From an uncultured Planctomycetaceae bacterium (lineage in GTDB: Bacteria; Planctomycetota; Planctomycetia; Isosphaerales; Isosphaeraceae): a stretch of 64,000 nt of DNA. Shown piece after piece: positions 32,492 through 44,320 of this stretch; within the stretch, counting starts at the first letter, position 1; every line of letters starts with the position of its first letter. A program made the translations under genes and the position numbers. The notes under the pieces were generated by a model. It made no database searches. It saw nothing but the letters and a program-made list of their open reading frames with translations, and was not told the origin of the DNA. The stretch is taken from the NCBI GenBank assembly GCA_963833985.1, contig CAWIAD010000002.1, forward strand, positions 1,152,001 to 1,216,000, in the 5' to 3' direction.

Positions 32492-34405
32492 TCAGTTGAT
32501 GCTGACGACGCCCCCGCTCAGCACCAGAGTGGCGCTGCCGCTGACCTGGGTGCTGGGCGCCGCCACCTGGACCTGGGCGCTTCCCTGGACCGAGACCTGC
32601 GGGCCCTTGATGGTCACCCCCTGCTGGTTCACCACCACGCTGCTGGCGCCGACCTTGAGCGTGATCGTCTGCCCGGCCTCGACCGTCCCGCTCCCGGCGG
32701 TGATGTTGATCGACAGGTTGCCCTGGGAAACGGTCAGCGAATCGTTCCCCTGATCGATGGTCACGGTCCGATTGCCCTGCTCGATCGATACGGTCTCGCC
32801 GCCCGTCTTGAGGGTCAGGGATCGGTCCTTGTAGATGGTGATCGTCTGGCTGCCGTCGTCCGCCTTGCTGCTGCCGACGGCGAGCGTGTCGTTGTTCTCG
32901 ATGACGCGGTTGCAGTCCTTCTGGGCATGGATATAAACCTCCTCCGAACCCTTCAGATCCTCGAGGCGGATCTCATTGGAATCGGCGGCCCCACCTTCCT
33001 TCGACGAGCGGCTCTTGATGTAGCTGCGCGTCTTGTTGTCGGGGAGAGTATAGGCGGGCATCTCCCCGGCGTTGGCCACCGTTCCCGTGATCAGCGGCTG
33101 GTCAGGGTCTCCCTCGAGGAAGGTGACGACGACCTCCTGTCCCACCCGGGGGATGAACAGTGTACCCCAGCCCGATCCGGTCCAGGACTGTGAGCACCGT
33201 ATCCAGCACGAGCTGGCATCATCATCCTTGCCGAGACGGTCCCAGTGAAACTGCACCTTGATCCGGCCGTACTTGTCGGGCCAGATTTCCTCGCCCGAGG
33301 GCCCGACGACCAGCGCGGTCTGCGCTCCATGGATGCGCGGCCTTGGCGTTTCGAGCGGCGGGCGAAAGACCGTTGCCGCCGGGATCGCCTCGAACCGGTT
33401 GCGGTAGCCGTTGTCGCGCGAAGCGGTGTGCTCGATGCTGGTGATCGCGTAGGACTGACCAACCTCCGCCTTGTCTGGGTGCCGCTTCACGGTGAACTTG
33501 CCGCCGGTCGTGAACGAGCGATAGGTTCCGGTGGCCTGGACGACGTCATAGGCCGATTCGTCAGCCTCGCTGCGACTCCGAGACCGTGTGCCGCCCTCCG
33601 CCGTGGTCAAATAGCCTCCAGGGTAGTCGAACACCTCGTAGGGCTTCACTGCACTCAGGGGAACGCTGGAGGGCGTCTGCGAGAGTAGATTGGTCGTTGG
33701 CTTCGTGAAGTCGTAATCGGTCAGGGTGAACTTTCCCGACCGCAACTCGAAAGCCCGCTTCCAGGTGATGATGCGGTCGCTTGGTTGCTCTCGCTCGGCG
33801 ATCGGGATATGCACGACCTGAGCCTCGGCGCAGTCGACGAAGCCCCCAGCGTCGTCAATCAGGACCATGGTGTGCTTGCCGTCTTCGTGGCTGAAGTAAT
33901 AGGAGATCCCTTCATCCTCCAGGAGCCGGGAAATGAACTGGAAATCGGTCTCGCGATACTGAACACAGTACTCGCGCGTGGTGTAGGATGCGCTCAGCTT
34001 GAGCTGGAAATCGGAGAACCCCATCTCCCCAAGGATCGTCTGCACAATCTGGACGGTGGTCTGGTTCTGGAAGATCCGGCAGTCCGCGGTGCGCGAAAGC
34101 AGCCAGAACCAGGGGACAAGCTGGATCACGTAACTCCTCGCACCGTCGAGCAGACCGCCGACCACCAGGCGGTTGACGATCCCGTGGAACGGCCGGTAGG
34201 AGGCATCCAGCCCGCTGGTGATCCCCAGAGTCACCCCCAGGCCGACAAGGTCGCTGGCCGCAACCGCGGTATTGCTCGAGATCAGCTCGAGCTGGAACTG
34301 AAACAACCGCGACAGCCCCTCGGTCCCCGTGAACTGAACGAGGCTGAAAGGGCCCGAGCCGTCGATCGGAGTCGTGAGTGTGAACTCGTCACTCAGTTTA
34401 GACAC
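32492..34405 (-). CDS. vgrG: T6SS spike VgrG, no C-terminal effector extension
   Basis: EGLSRLF, REYCVQYRETDFQFISRLLEDEGI, DKYGRIKVQFHWDR, IPRVGQEVVVTFLEGDPDQP, beta-helix tail. Confidence 0.96.
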   Translation of the reverse strand: MSKLSDEFTLTTPIDGSGPFSLVQFTGTEGLSRLFQFQLELISSNTAVAASDLVGLGVTLGITSGLDASYRPFHGIVNRLVVGGLLDGARSYVIQLVPWFWLLSRTADCRIFQNQTTVQIVQTILGEMGFSDFQLKLSASYTTREYCVQYRETDFQFISRLLEDEGISYYFSHEDGKHTMVLIDDAGGFVDCAEAQVVHIPIAEREQPSDRIITWKRAFELRSGKFTLTDYDFTKPTTNLLSQTPSSVPLSAVKPYEVFDYPGGYLTTAEGGTRSRSRSEADESAYDVVQATGTYRSFTTGGKFTVKRHPDKAEVGQSYAITSIEHTASRDNGYRNRFEAIPAATVFRPPLETPRPRIHGAQTALVVGPSGEEIWPDKYGRIKVQFHWDRLGKDDDASSCWIRCSQSWTGSGWGTLFIPRVGQEVVVTFLEGDPDQPLITGTVANAGEMPAYTLPDNKTRSYIKSRSSKEGGAADSNEIRLEDLKGSEEVYIHAQKDCNRVIENNDTLAVGSSKADDGSQTITIYKDRSLTLKTGGETVSIEQGNRTVTIDQGNDSLTVSQGNLSINITAGSGTVEAGQTITLKVGASSVVVNQQGVTIKGPQVSVQGSAQVQVAAPSTQVSGSATLVLSGGVVSIN

Positions 34406-34435
34406 GGACTCACTTCAAAAGATGAAAGGAACGTG

Positions 34436-34471
34436 CGCCGCGGCGCGGACACAGTGAGTCGCGCCGCGGCG
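34436..34471 (-). terminator. GC-rich hairpin between hcp and vgrG (terminator or attenuator candidate)
   Basis: CGCCGCGGCGCG ... CGCGCCGCGGCG 12-bp stem just downstream of the hcp stop. Confidence 0.5.
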
Positions 34472-34515
34472 TTTTGGCAACTGCGTTGGATGAAGCGCCC
34501 GATCCTCGCTGAGCA

Positions 34516-35034
34516 TCATCCCGTGGGTGCGGTCACAACCGTATCGAGGTTGAAGCCGACGGTACTCGGCACGGCCTGCTTGGTGGTGGGATCCTTGAAG
34601 TTGTAGGTCCAGGTGATCGACGTACCGTTCAGGCTGAAAGACTCGGTGGCCACCGAGCCCTCGTCTCCGGCCCCGCTGGTCGAGAAATTCGTGATCCGAA
34701 CGTTCGTCCCCTTGATCGTGTAGTACACGTAAACGGATTTATCGGCCTCGACGGTGGTCATGTCGATCTGGATGTTCTCCAGGGAGTCGCCCTTGAGAAG
34801 TGCCTGAAGGATGTACACCGACGACTTGTCGATGACCTTGGAGATCGAGAGTTCTCCGACCTGAGCCTCTCCACGGTGACGCGACTCTTCGGAGCCTCCG
34901 TCGGAGACCACGGGACGCGCCGCACTGAACGACCAGCTATTGATCGGAATCCAGTCGATGTGGGTCGACTCCGTCGAACCGCCTTTGATGGTCGGAGTCG
35001 TACCCGTCTGGGCCAGCATCAAGTAAGCACCCAT
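34516..35034 (-). CDS. hcp: T6SS tube protein Hcp (TssD)
   Basis: IKGGS...HIDWIPINSWSF, SISKVIDKSS, ESFSLN; 172 aa; position between tssG and vgrG. Confidence 0.9.
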   Translation of the reverse strand: MGAYLMLAQTGTTPTIKGGSTESTHIDWIPINSWSFSAARPVVSDGGSEESRHRGEAQVGELSISKVIDKSSVYILQALLKGDSLENIQIDMTTVEADKSVYVYYTIKGTNVRITNFSTSGAGDEGSVATESFSLNGTSITWTYNFKDPTTKQAVPSTVGFNLDTVVTAPTG

Positions 35035-35106
35035 TTTTCACCTCTCTTGAACATGAATTCCCGCCCATGATCCGAACCGGACCGTCCGGCAGGGCACTGG
35101 GCGTGG

Positions 35107-36436
35107 TCACTTCGCAAATCCTCCAATGACCTCGTCCGAGAAGACCGCGTCGCCGTTTTCCGTCTCGAAGGGCCCACCCTGGAGCCAGACATTCCAGCCC
35201 AGGAGCGGGCACTTTTCCTCGCAACCTCCCAGCTCCACTGGAAATGAGAAGTCCCTGGGCACAACGAGCTGAACGTCAAACTCGAGCTCCGGGCCGGCGT
35301 AGACGCGCACGAGCTGCTGCAAGACCCTGAGTTCATCACCCAGCGCCACCGGCAGAAAACGGCAAAACTGTGCCGGGTTCTGGAGTGGACCAACCCTGAT
35401 GCGAAACCGGCTCTCCACGTCCCAGACCGCCTCCCCGAGCACCGCATTTCCACCCAGCCGGTTATTGGGTGTTCCAGACCGCCTCGTGCCGCCGAGGTGC
35501 GACCTGTCTGCCGGCTCCAGAACAAGCCACTGCCCCTGGAACTGAATCACCTGGATCGGCAAGCCGAAGTGCTCCGCCAGGATCCTCTCCAGCCCGACAG
35601 ACGAGCGCGGCAGGTGCGCGAACAGACCCGCGAAGTCGAGCATCGCCGTTTCGAGGCGTCTGTACCGGCCGCGTTGCCCTGGTGTTCCCAGGCCGACCAG
35701 AGCCAGCAGGCTGCGGCTGAACGCGTCGTCCTGCGCCCGACCGCGGTTTCTTTCCGGGGCGAGCCGGGACTGGAGCTTCCGCCAGCTCTCGAAGAAGAGC
35801 GAGACGGCACCGTGTTTGGACCGGCTCGACAGCAGTTTCCTGCTCTCCCGGCGCACCGGAACCTGGTCCCCGCGATGGCGATGGATCCGCTCGTAGGCGA
35901 TCGGAAAGCGATACTTGACCCAGGCCCGATAGTAGAGGGAGATCGCGCGATGGTTGAAGATGTCCAGAAAATCGCGAAAGACCCGGTCTCTGGCGCAGAG
36001 CGCCGCCTGAGCAAGCGGTGGAAGTACGTGGGGAGGGCTCCCAGCGGACCGGTCAAACCGATGAACCCCACCGTCATATGAGGCGGTGAGATCGGGGCCA
36101 GAGAATCGCCGGTCAGCCTCGCCGCCGAGGATCCCGGGATCTCGAGAGCACCCGGATTGCTGGCCGTGCTCCCTGGCGGCCGGATGGCCAGCACTTCATC
36201 GGCGGGAAATCGAGCGGATTCCGTGGCGCGGAACCGGACGGCCTCTTGCCCGGCCGGAACGTCTCCGCCCACCGACGCGTCGGTTTCGTGAAATCGCGCG
36301 CGGCGCTTGCAGATGCGCGGCCATGCGCCGCCATCCACTCGAGCAGACGGGTTCCTTGAAAGAACCCGAATCGCCATGGCTCCTGGAGCAATTGCTCGCT
36401 CACAGGAGGATCCTGTCGCCCGCCCTGCACGCCCAT
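35107..36436 (-). CDS. tssG: T6SS baseplate subunit TssG (frameshifts near 36300 and 35998)
   Basis: PWRFGFFQ; FIGLTGPLGALP; DFLDIFNHR...YRAWVKYR; RSSVGLERIL; FRIRVGPL, spread over three frames. Confidence 0.88.
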
Positions 36437-38274
36437 CGCTTCAAGACCCGATCCCGATTTCCTGTGGATACCACCGCCACCATCCGCGTGAACGAGTTGA
36501 TCGTCACGTAGAGCCCGAAAAACCGTTCCAGTACGCTGGCCAGCAGGAAGACGCTGCTGCCGGCAAACCGGTCCTCATCAAACTTGACCGTCACCTCGAG
36601 TCCGCGCACGAACCCCGTCTCGCCCGAGCTCTCGTCGGCCCTGCCCACGATCCGCCGGCACTCGACGGCCGTGACGCCGTCGATCATCGCCTGCGTCTCT
36701 TCCGAGTCCGCAAAGTCATAAAGCTGAAGGATGGCCCGCAGCGCCTCGGCTCCGTCACGGCCTTCACTGATTGACAGATGATTCAGCGTCAGGTGCGAGA
36801 TCAGCGGCCAGAGCACGGCATGCCCCAGCGCCGGGCGGAGCGTCGGCGTGGGCGGCGTCAGGCAGAGGATCGATTTCACCGGGATCGAGTGCTCGGCCTG
36901 GAGCCGGGGCTGATTTCCGCCGAAGGGAAGCTGAGCAGGCAGGTCACGGTTCAGACAGGTGGTCTCCAGATGCAGCGTCGCCCGGCCGGCATCAGCCGGT
37001 TGAAAGTCAAGATCAACCAGCGTCAGGAAGACGTCCGTGCCGGAATCCGGATGGCCGTTGTGCGAGGGCGAGCGCCGGCGCGTGGCGTGCCAGTACGTCT
37101 GACTGGCGTGTTCACCGGCGGGACGAGACGAGTAGAATCCTCGGTACTCGGTCGCGATGCCATCGTTCGAGGTCGCGGTCACGCGGTCGACCGAATAGAC
37201 TTCATGCGACTGCGGCCGCCTGGCGTCCGCGACGATGCGCAGCTCCGCCGCGGTGTGCGACAGCCGGATCGGTTCGGCCCGTTTGCGATACAGGTTGATG
37301 ATCGGGGTGCAGCCAAGGAGAAATGTGTCCCTGGTCACGTAAGACGGTTCCAGCCGGGGAGGCAGCTTGCCGAGAAAGAAAAACAGATCCAGATTCGATC
37401 CCGCATCGTCGGGGATCTTGTCGCCCAGTCCGGTGACGTCACAGAACAGGAACTTGGACGGGAATGTGAAGAACTCGGTGAGGAGTCTGTAGCCGGGGAA
37501 CGACTGCGCGGGGTAGGGTATCATCCCTTCATCCAGCTCGAACCCCACTGGCTTCAGGCAGTCTGGCCCCAGCGACGCGGCGCGCCGGGAACTGGATGAG
37601 CTGGCGACGACCACCTCGAGGACATCGAGGAACAGTGCCTCGTAGAGGTCGAACACATACTGGTTCCTGCCCAGCAGGAAGAACCGGATCGTATCCAGCC
37701 CCAGTTCGGACATCTTCAGCTTGGGATCGTCGGTGTCGACATCAAGGCATTCCAGTCCAATATGCAGTACCCAGGAAGCCTCCGCGGAGCGTTCCCCGGC
37801 GGGTGCCGGGAAGGGCCGGGAATGGAGGCCCGCCTGCCGGATGCGAATTGGCCAGAGCTCCGTCGGATAGCAGGTACGGAACCGGCACGGCTCGCCGTCC
37901 AGAATCTCCAGTTGCGGATCGGTCTCGACCACGAATCCTTGCGGAATCGTGCAACCGACCGTTTGCTTCCCCTGCGCAGGATCGGGAAGGAACTGGACAA
38001 TTGCCATCGAGGGGATCGGTGCCAGGTAATGCGGGTAGAGAACGCCCAGCATCGCCTCGGCCAGCTCCGGAAAGTCGTCGTCGAGCTTCTGGCGAATTCG
38101 TGCGTTCATCAGCGCACACGATTCGACGAGCCGGGCCACCAGGGGATCGTCAAGGCGCTCGGGGCCCAGCCGGATCCGACCGGCGATCTTCGGGTACTGC
38201 TTGGCGAACTCCGTTCCTAGCTGGCGGATGAAGGCCAGTTCTCGCTGGTAGTAATCAAGCAGCGCCTCTCTCAC
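36400..38274 (-). CDS. tssF: T6SS baseplate subunit TssF
   Basis: YYQRELAFIR..G.EFA..YPKIA, YPHYLAPIPS, GYRLLTEFF.FP.KF, CTPIINL, LISHLTLNHLS, YVTINSF. Confidence 0.96.
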   Translation of the reverse strand: MREALLDYYQRELAFIRQLGTEFAKQYPKIAGRIRLGPERLDDPLVARLVESCALMNARIRQKLDDDFPELAEAMLGVLYPHYLAPIPSMAIVQFLPDPAQGKQTVGCTIPQGFVVETDPQLEILDGEPCRFRTCYPTELWPIRIRQAGLHSRPFPAPAGERSAEASWVLHIGLECLDVDTDDPKLKMSELGLDTIRFFLLGRNQYVFDLYEALFLDVLEVVVASSSSSRRAASLGPDCLKPVGFELDEGMIPYPAQSFPGYRLLTEFFTFPSKFLFCDVTGLGDKIPDDAGSNLDLFFFLGKLPPRLEPSYVTRDTFLLGCTPIINLYRKRAEPIRLSHTAAELRIVADARRPQSHEVYSVDRVTATSNDGIATEYRGFYSSRPAGEHASQTYWHATRRRSPSHNGHPDSGTDVFLTLVDLDFQPADAGRATLHLETTCLNRDLPAQLPFGGNQPRLQAEHSIPVKSILCLTPPTPTLRPALGHAVLWPLISHLTLNHLSISEGRDGAEALRAILQLYDFADSEETQAMIDGVTAVECRRIVGRADESSGETGFVRGLEVTVKFDEDRFAGSSVFLLASVLERFFGLYVTINSFTRMVAVVSTGNRDRVLKRWACRAGDRILL

Positions 38275-38811
38275 GCCAGGTCCTCCCGCAGCCCGAATCG
38301 CCCCGTGGAAGAATCCACGTAGGCCTGTAGCGAGACCGACCCTTCCCCGATCAGGTTCGCTTCAATCCGGAAGTCGCAATGGCTCCAGTGGACCAGGAGC
38401 CGCCTCGACCAGGACGTGCACATCGGCAAGCCGTGGCTCAAATTGCCGGATCGCCAGCTCCACAGCCTGCCGCAGGCCTTCGCGAGATCGAGCAGAGGTT
38501 GGCCCGCTGCCGCGTATGGCTGCCAGCCCGAAATCGAGAACCGAACTGCTGAGTTCACCCGGAACCTCCGGCAGCGACACAACCGAGCGCCTCGTGTTGA
38601 GCAGGACTTCCAGGTCGCGGAGGATGGCATCCCGGCGCAGCCGGGCCAGGTCGCGGCGCACCAGCCCGGCGCGCAGGCGACTCATCGAGCCGCCATTCTT
38701 CGGCTGGCGATCCGGGTTGGTCCGCAATTCCTGATCGTGCGGCAGCGGCTCCTCAATCAGGCGATCGAGCAGGGGCAGGGGGATGGGCGGCGTTCTGGAG
38801 GCTCGGTTCAT
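38271..38811 (-). CDS. tssE: T6SS baseplate subunit TssE (frameshift near 38372)
   Basis: LLDRL, ILRDLEVLLNTR, SVLDFGL, AIRQFEPRL; the FRIEA tail is in a second frame. Confidence 0.85.
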
Positions 38812-38895
38812 TGATCTTGCGCTCTGCTTGATTTCTGGCAACCGCGGTCCGGTCCTCGGCGTGCTTACCACGTTTGCTCTCGAGTGCCGGAGGGT

Positions 38896-40464
38896 TCAGG
38901 CTACGGGCTGCAAGCTCATGTGGTCAGACAGTTCCGTGGTCAGCCGCAGAGTGGCGGTCAGGCTCTCTTCCTGAAGTCGGGGCCTGAGGTGCAGCACGCA
39001 CACATAGCTTCCCGGTTTGTCGGGCCGCTCCCGCACCATGACGAGGGCCTCGGCAAGGGGATAGCGCGGGACGTGATCGGCCCCTGCATCCTCATTTGCG
39101 GAGACGTAGCGTGTCAGCCAGCGCTGCAAGATCAACTCCAGCTCACGGGGCTCCAGAAAACTGCCGATCCTGTCCCGGGCGATCACCTTCAGATAGTGGG
39201 CGAACCGGCAGACGTTGAGAATCACTGGAATCCGGGCCGAGAGCCGTGCGTTTGCCGTCGCGATGGCACGATCGTAGACGGCGGGACGCTGGAGCGTCTC
39301 GACACCGTAGAATGCCGAGAAAGTCGTCCCTGGACAGTGGCAGAGCGGCAGAAATCCCAGGTCGCGTAGCTCGTGGTCGAGCTCCTCATCGATGTTCAGA
39401 TCGGTCGAGCCTCGGGGAACGGTCCGCCGCGGGTCGCAACGAAACGCCGGAGTCGGCAAGCCGGTCACGAGCCCGCCTCCGACCTGCCCGCGTTCTGCGC
39501 CTCGGATGTCCTCCAGCCAGCCGTGACGCCGGAAGGCTCGAACCAGGACACCCGCATACGCATAGACGGCCGGCCCCCAGAGGTACTGGCCCGTTCCGGG
39601 GCCCGAGACTTCCTCACGATAAGGGAACTCGCAATGCCCCGTTGCCTCGCAGTCATGAGGTTCACGACGCAGGACTCGCGGCACGGTCAGCACCAGGAAC
39701 CGTGCGTCCTCGCTCTCGCGCAGCGATCGCCATTTGAGGTAGTCAAGGCGATCGAAATCGCGCTCCAGTTCCATCGGCCGCTCCAGCTCACCGAACTCAT
39801 CAAGGCCGAACAGTGCAGGATGGGCGCCGATGATCAGTGGTGCGAAGGCCGCGGCCGCGACCTGGGACAGCGACGCCAGCGCCTCGAGATCGTTGGTCGG
39901 ATGCCCGCGGCCGGGTCGAAGACGGACCTCGTAATCGCCGAGGAGAACACTGAACGGTTCGCCCCCCGGCATGTCGAACTCATCACCGTAAACCTTGCGA
40001 AAGAGGACGCTCTGGTCGAACTCGATGGCGCGCTCGAGGTCTCGAGCCAGCTCGGTCCAGGCGGCCGAGAAAACCCTGATCTTCACATTCGCCCCGGGTT
40101 CCACGCGGCCGACCAGGTCCTGGAGTCCGCGCCAGGAGGCCTCGAGCTGCTGGAAGGCCGGGTTGTGCAGGACTGCATCGAGCTGCCGGCCCAGGTGCTC
40201 ATCGATCCGGGCGATGTCGCGTTCCAGCATGCAGAGCAACTCGCTGCCGCTCGCGGGGACGTGGCCGCGCCGCCACTGGTCAATCCACGTCGCCAGCGCG
40301 CTCACGTGGTCCGTCTCTTCAAGGAACTGGAGCAGCGCCGGGCTGCGCACCCCGGATCCGCCCAGCGTCGCGAGCAACCGGTCGAAAGGCAGCATCTGTG
40401 ACGCCGTGACCGGTGGACTGGCATCGGGCTTGCTAGTTTCCGGGTTGGTATTCATCGTCGACAC
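38896..40464 (-). CDS. tssC: T6SS sheath large subunit TssC, divergent second copy
   Basis: FQQLEASWRGL, AIEFDQS, PGGEPF, AAAAFAP, RFAHYLKVIARDRIGSF, YPLAEA. Confidence 0.92.
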   Translation of the reverse strand: MSTMNTNPETSKPDASPPVTASQMLPFDRLLATLGGSGVRSPALLQFLEETDHVSALATWIDQWRRGHVPASGSELLCMLERDIARIDEHLGRQLDAVLHNPAFQQLEASWRGLQDLVGRVEPGANVKIRVFSAAWTELARDLERAIEFDQSVLFRKVYGDEFDMPGGEPFSVLLGDYEVRLRPGRGHPTNDLEALASLSQVAAAAFAPLIIGAHPALFGLDEFGELERPMELERDFDRLDYLKWRSLRESEDARFLVLTVPRVLRREPHDCEATGHCEFPYREEVSGPGTGQYLWGPAVYAYAGVLVRAFRRHGWLEDIRGAERGQVGGGLVTGLPTPAFRCDPRRTVPRGSTDLNIDEELDHELRDLGFLPLCHCPGTTFSAFYGVETLQRPAVYDRAIATANARLSARIPVILNVCRFAHYLKVIARDRIGSFLEPRELELILQRWLTRYVSANEDAGADHVPRYPLAEALVMVRERPDKPGSYVCVLHLRPRLQEESLTATLRLTTELSDHMSLQPVA

Positions 40465-40717
40465 GGTTCTCAGCGTTGCAGATCGGGTTGATCAATCAAT
40501 GGCCACCCAGGATCGCGACAATCGGCTGCCAGCGACGTTTGTGGATTGATCGCGCGTTGTGCTGGCCTGCCTGCCTGCCCGCGCAGCGAAACACTGCTGA
40601 TGGCTGCCAACGACCGTGGCACGGGACGACTCCAGGCGTACACGCGAACCGTTCAGGAGCCAGACGGGAGCGCCGTCTCCTGAACGGTCACGAAAGACAT
40701 TGCGTGCGCGGCTCAAC

Positions 40718-42202
40718 TCAACCCTTGGGAATTCTGGCCACCATCCGCAAGGACGTGGTCAGCTCCTCGAGTTGCAGCCAGGGCCGCAGCCAGAAGATGG
40801 CATTGTAGGAACCTGGCCGACCGGGGATCTCCAGCACCTGGACCTTGGCGTCGGACAGGGGATACCTGGCTTTCAGGGCCTGTCCGCCGTCAGGGTTGGC
40901 GTTGACGTAGTTGAGGATCCACCGTTGCAACTGGAGCTCGACGTCGATGGCCTCAGCGAAGGAGCCGATCTTGTCGCGGGCGATCACCTTGATGTAGTGA
41001 GCGAACCGCGACGCGGCCATGATGTAGGTCAACCGCGCCGAGATGACGGCGTTGGAGGTCGCCTCGGGACGGTCGTACTTCTTGGGCTTTTGCACCGTTT
41101 GTGAGCCAAAGAACACGGCGTAGTCGGTGTTCTTGTAGTGGCAGAGAGCCAGGAAGCCCAGCTTGTCGAGCTCGGCCTCACGGCGGTCGGTGATGCCGAT
41201 CTCGGTGGGGCATTTCAGGTCCGGGTCGCCATCGTCGCTGATGAAGATATGCGCCGGGAGTCCCTCGACCTTGCCACCGCCTTCGGCGCCGCGGGTCGCC
41301 GTGCACCACCCATACTGGGAAAATGCGTCGGTGAGCCGCGTTCCCAGGACATAGGCGGCGTTCATCCAGGTGTACTGATCGTTCGGAACGGGCCGCGATC
41401 GCTTCATGGCGTCGAGCGGAACTTCCTCGAAGCCAAACTCCTCGATCGGCCGCGTGGCCTCCCCGTAAGGCAAGCGGGCAAGGACTCGGGGCAGGGTCAA
41501 GAGCAGGAACCGCGAATCCTCGGTGTCACGGAGCGATCGCCACTTCACGTACTCGATCGAGTCGAAGATCTTCTCGAGGTCACGCGGCCGAGCGAGCTCG
41601 ATCCAGCTGTCGAACCCGAAAAGCTGCGGAGAGGCGGCCGAGAGGAACGGGCAGAAGCCGGCTGCGGCGATGTTCGAGATGCTGGCGAGCATCTCGAGGT
41701 CGTCGGGATGATTGCGAAACTCGTAATCGCCGATGAGCGCGCCGTAGGGCTCTCCGCCCGGTGAGCCGTACTCGGCCTCGTAGATCTTCTTGAAGAGGTT
41801 GCTCTGGTCGAACTCGACAGCCTTCTCCAGGTCTTTCCGGACCTCGTCCTTGGTTGCGGACATCACCTTGATCTTGAGCTTGCTACTGGTCTCGGAGTTC
41901 ATGACCAGGTGATGCAGTCCGCGGTAGCTTCCCTCGAGTTGCTGAAACTCCGGGTGGTGCATGACAGCGGCGAGCTGCTTGGAGATCAGCGCGTCGAGCT
42001 TGTCGATCGTATTCTGGATCGTCCGGCTGAGATTCACCTCCCAGTCGACGTTCTTCTTCTCGACCTGCTCCGTCAGGTTCTTCAGCAAGGCGAGGGTGGT
42101 TCCCTTCTCCGTCTGCTTCGTCGCTGCGTAGCACTGCTCGAGCAAGCTCATCTCAGCGACTGCGGTACCACCGGATTCGACGGTCTGGGTGCCAATGCTC
42201 AT
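40718..42202 (-). CDS. tssC: T6SS sheath large subunit TssC, canonical copy
   Basis: [72 protein letters not shown]. Confidence 0.97.
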   Translation of the reverse strand: MSIGTQTVESGGTAVAEMSLLEQCYAATKQTEKGTTLALLKNLTEQVEKKNVDWEVNLSRTIQNTIDKLDALISKQLAAVMHHPEFQQLEGSYRGLHHLVMNSETSSKLKIKVMSATKDEVRKDLEKAVEFDQSNLFKKIYEAEYGSPGGEPYGALIGDYEFRNHPDDLEMLASISNIAAAGFCPFLSAASPQLFGFDSWIELARPRDLEKIFDSIEYVKWRSLRDTEDSRFLLLTLPRVLARLPYGEATRPIEEFGFEEVPLDAMKRSRPVPNDQYTWMNAAYVLGTRLTDAFSQYGWCTATRGAEGGGKVEGLPAHIFISDDGDPDLKCPTEIGITDRREAELDKLGFLALCHYKNTDYAVFFGSQTVQKPKKYDRPEATSNAVISARLTYIMAASRFAHYIKVIARDKIGSFAEAIDVELQLQRWILNYVNANPDGGQALKARYPLSDAKVQVLEIPGRPGSYNAIFWLRPWLQLEELTTSLRMVARIPKG

Positions 42203-42756
42203 GACTTCTTCTCCTCGGGCAATGCCGCTGGCTGGCTCTCGCTGCTTGTGGTCGACGCACTCTGCTCGATGTCCGCTCCCAGCTCCTTGCGCATGTTCTC
42301 GTTCTGTACAACCTGCTCCAGCAGGTTCTCCAGGTCCGGAGACCGATCAGCCTTCGTGAGCAGTTCCTGAAGTTTGTTGCGGATGTCCAGCAGAGTTGCG
42401 ATGTCGCCGACTTGCCTGGCCACGCGCCCGGGCTCAAAGTCTTCCATCGACTCGAAGGCAAGCTGAACCGAAAGCTCGCTGCCGTCTCCCTTGATCAGGT
42501 TCGGAGACTTGAAACTGAGCGCCGGCCGCATGCGCTCCAGCACCTCGTTGAAGTTGTCCCGATCAATCTGAACGAATTTGCGGTCCTTCAACGGAGGCAG
42601 CGGAGCCAGCGGCTTCCCTGAGAAATCTCCGATCACCCCGACAACAAACGGGAGTTCCTTTTGAACCACCGCCCCTTCGGTCTCCACATCGTAGGTGATG
42701 TGCACGCGGGGCTTGCGCACGCGACTGAGCTTGGCATGAATGCTTTGACTTATCAT
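42199..42756 (-). CDS. tssB: T6SS sheath small subunit TssB
   Basis: [44 protein letters not shown]. Confidence 0.96.
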   Translation of the reverse strand: MISQSIHAKLSRVRKPRVHITYDVETEGAVVQKELPFVVGVIGDFSGKPLAPLPPLKDRKFVQIDRDNFNEVLERMRPALSFKSPNLIKGDGSELSVQLAFESMEDFEPGRVARQVGDIATLLDIRNKLQELLTKADRSPDLENLLEQVVQNENMRKELGADIEQSASTTSSESQPAALPEEKKS

Positions 42757-42863
42757 GTGGCAGTCTCGAAAGAGGCAATGGGAGAACGGGAACCGACTGG
42801 GACAGGGAATGGCTGACGATTGGTGATCGACCTCGATTCGCGGATGCACATCCGGAATGGAAC

Positions 42864-44045
42864 TCACTGAGCGCTGCAGTGCGCCGGAATACCGATCATC
42901 CGGAAATAGTGCTGCCTGGCGTTACTGTCGGGAATCAATTCGGTCAGCAGGTCGGGCAAGGGCATCCTTCCCCACCGCACCGCTTGTTCGAGAGTGTACG
43001 GAATCGGTGAATGGGGCTCGGTCTGGCGGAAGAACGCGGCGATCGTCTCGAGCATCAAGAGCGCATGGTCCCGCGAGCAGATTCCCTGCGCCGTCTCGGC
43101 CTGCGGCATGCACGCCAGCTCCGCATCGTCCAGCCCGTCAACGCCATCCAGACCGAGAGGCTCAAGGGTTGCCAGAATGCTGCCGTTGCATGACCGAGAC
43201 AGCCCGGGAAAGCCGCCGGCAGGTGTTGTGGCCAGCCTGATTCGATCTCCCGCGACCGCCATCACCACCTCGTGACAGTGCAAGAGCGCGTTCTTGATGT
43301 TCGAGGAGTGAGGTGCTTCATCTCCACAGCGCTCGTCGAGCAACTCCGTCAACTGCTGAAACTCCTCCAGGCTCCCCCGGATGTGCTGGTCGAGTGCCAG
43401 GTAGAAGGCATTCGAGGTGTCAGAAACGGCTTCCAGGAAGGTCTTGAGACTGACAGCCCCCTGGTCGATTCTGCGTGCCTTGGTCCTGGGGTCGGCGATG
43501 CGTTCAAGGGCCGCGGCCTGGTCGTGATGGGAGCAAGCGAAATCACCCATCGAATCACTGCTTGTGAGTGGAATGTTGAGGATTGGTGTGATCAGCGTCC
43601 CCTCGGTTCCCTCGCCATTCAGACCCATCAAGGGCGCAATGCGCGTGGCCATGCCGTCCACATCGGGTCGCGGATACAGATCATCCCAGTAGCGCTCGAT
43701 CAGTGTGCGGCAGAGGCGGAATCCCTCGTGCAATCCTGCAAAACCGTGCACCCTCACCAGCGCTTCGATGAGATAACAAACAATCTCCAGGTCCTTGGAT
43801 TCCTCGGACAGCACCCGAACCGCCAGATCGAGCACGGGTTTCCAGTTCGGGCGAACGGTATCCTTGTCCTCCTCCATCGTGGAGATGCGTCTCTCGGCCA
43901 GTCTTGCGGTTGAGCGGGCGGACCGGATGTTTCGGTAGAGCATGCTGCCGGACAGCTCAACCCTGACGTCAAACCCCGACGGATGATCCGGGGAGATGGG
44001 GGCAACCAGCTCATCAAGATCCAGGGTTCGAGACGTGTACATCAC
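42864..44045 (-). CDS. tssA: T6SS TssA (ImpA_N domain)
   Basis: [53 protein letters not shown]. Confidence 0.93.
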   Translation of the reverse strand: MMYTSRTLDLDELVAPISPDHPSGFDVRVELSGSMLYRNIRSARSTARLAERRISTMEEDKDTVRPNWKPVLDLAVRVLSEESKDLEIVCYLIEALVRVHGFAGLHEGFRLCRTLIERYWDDLYPRPDVDGMATRIAPLMGLNGEGTEGTLITPILNIPLTSSDSMGDFACSHHDQAAALERIADPRTKARRIDQGAVSLKTFLEAVSDTSNAFYLALDQHIRGSLEEFQQLTELLDERCGDEAPHSSNIKNALLHCHEVVMAVAGDRIRLATTPAGGFPGLSRSCNGSILATLEPLGLDGVDGLDDAELACMPQAETAQGICSRDHALLMLETIAAFFRQTEPHSPIPYTLEQAVRWGRMPLPDLLTELIPDSNARQHYFRMIGIPAHCSAQ

Positions 44046-44320
44046 GGTCCAACTCTCTCACGGGCCAGTCGAGGCCACGAAACCCGAGGTGCTCAACTAA
44101 GCTAACCCATGCCGCGGAAGAAACCAAATAAAAAATCCGCTTCACCTTTCCGCTTTCGGCGCTCCGGGCTCAAACCGGCTTCAACCTGACGAAATTGCCT
44201 CCCCGTATTTCAAGGAAGGTCCCTTGCCGCCGATCAAATATTCTCGTCTTACGCCCGTGTCATGCCTGGTACAGCTCGACTTGCCGCTCCTCGACCGATG
44301 GGGACGATCGCGGGGGTCCG

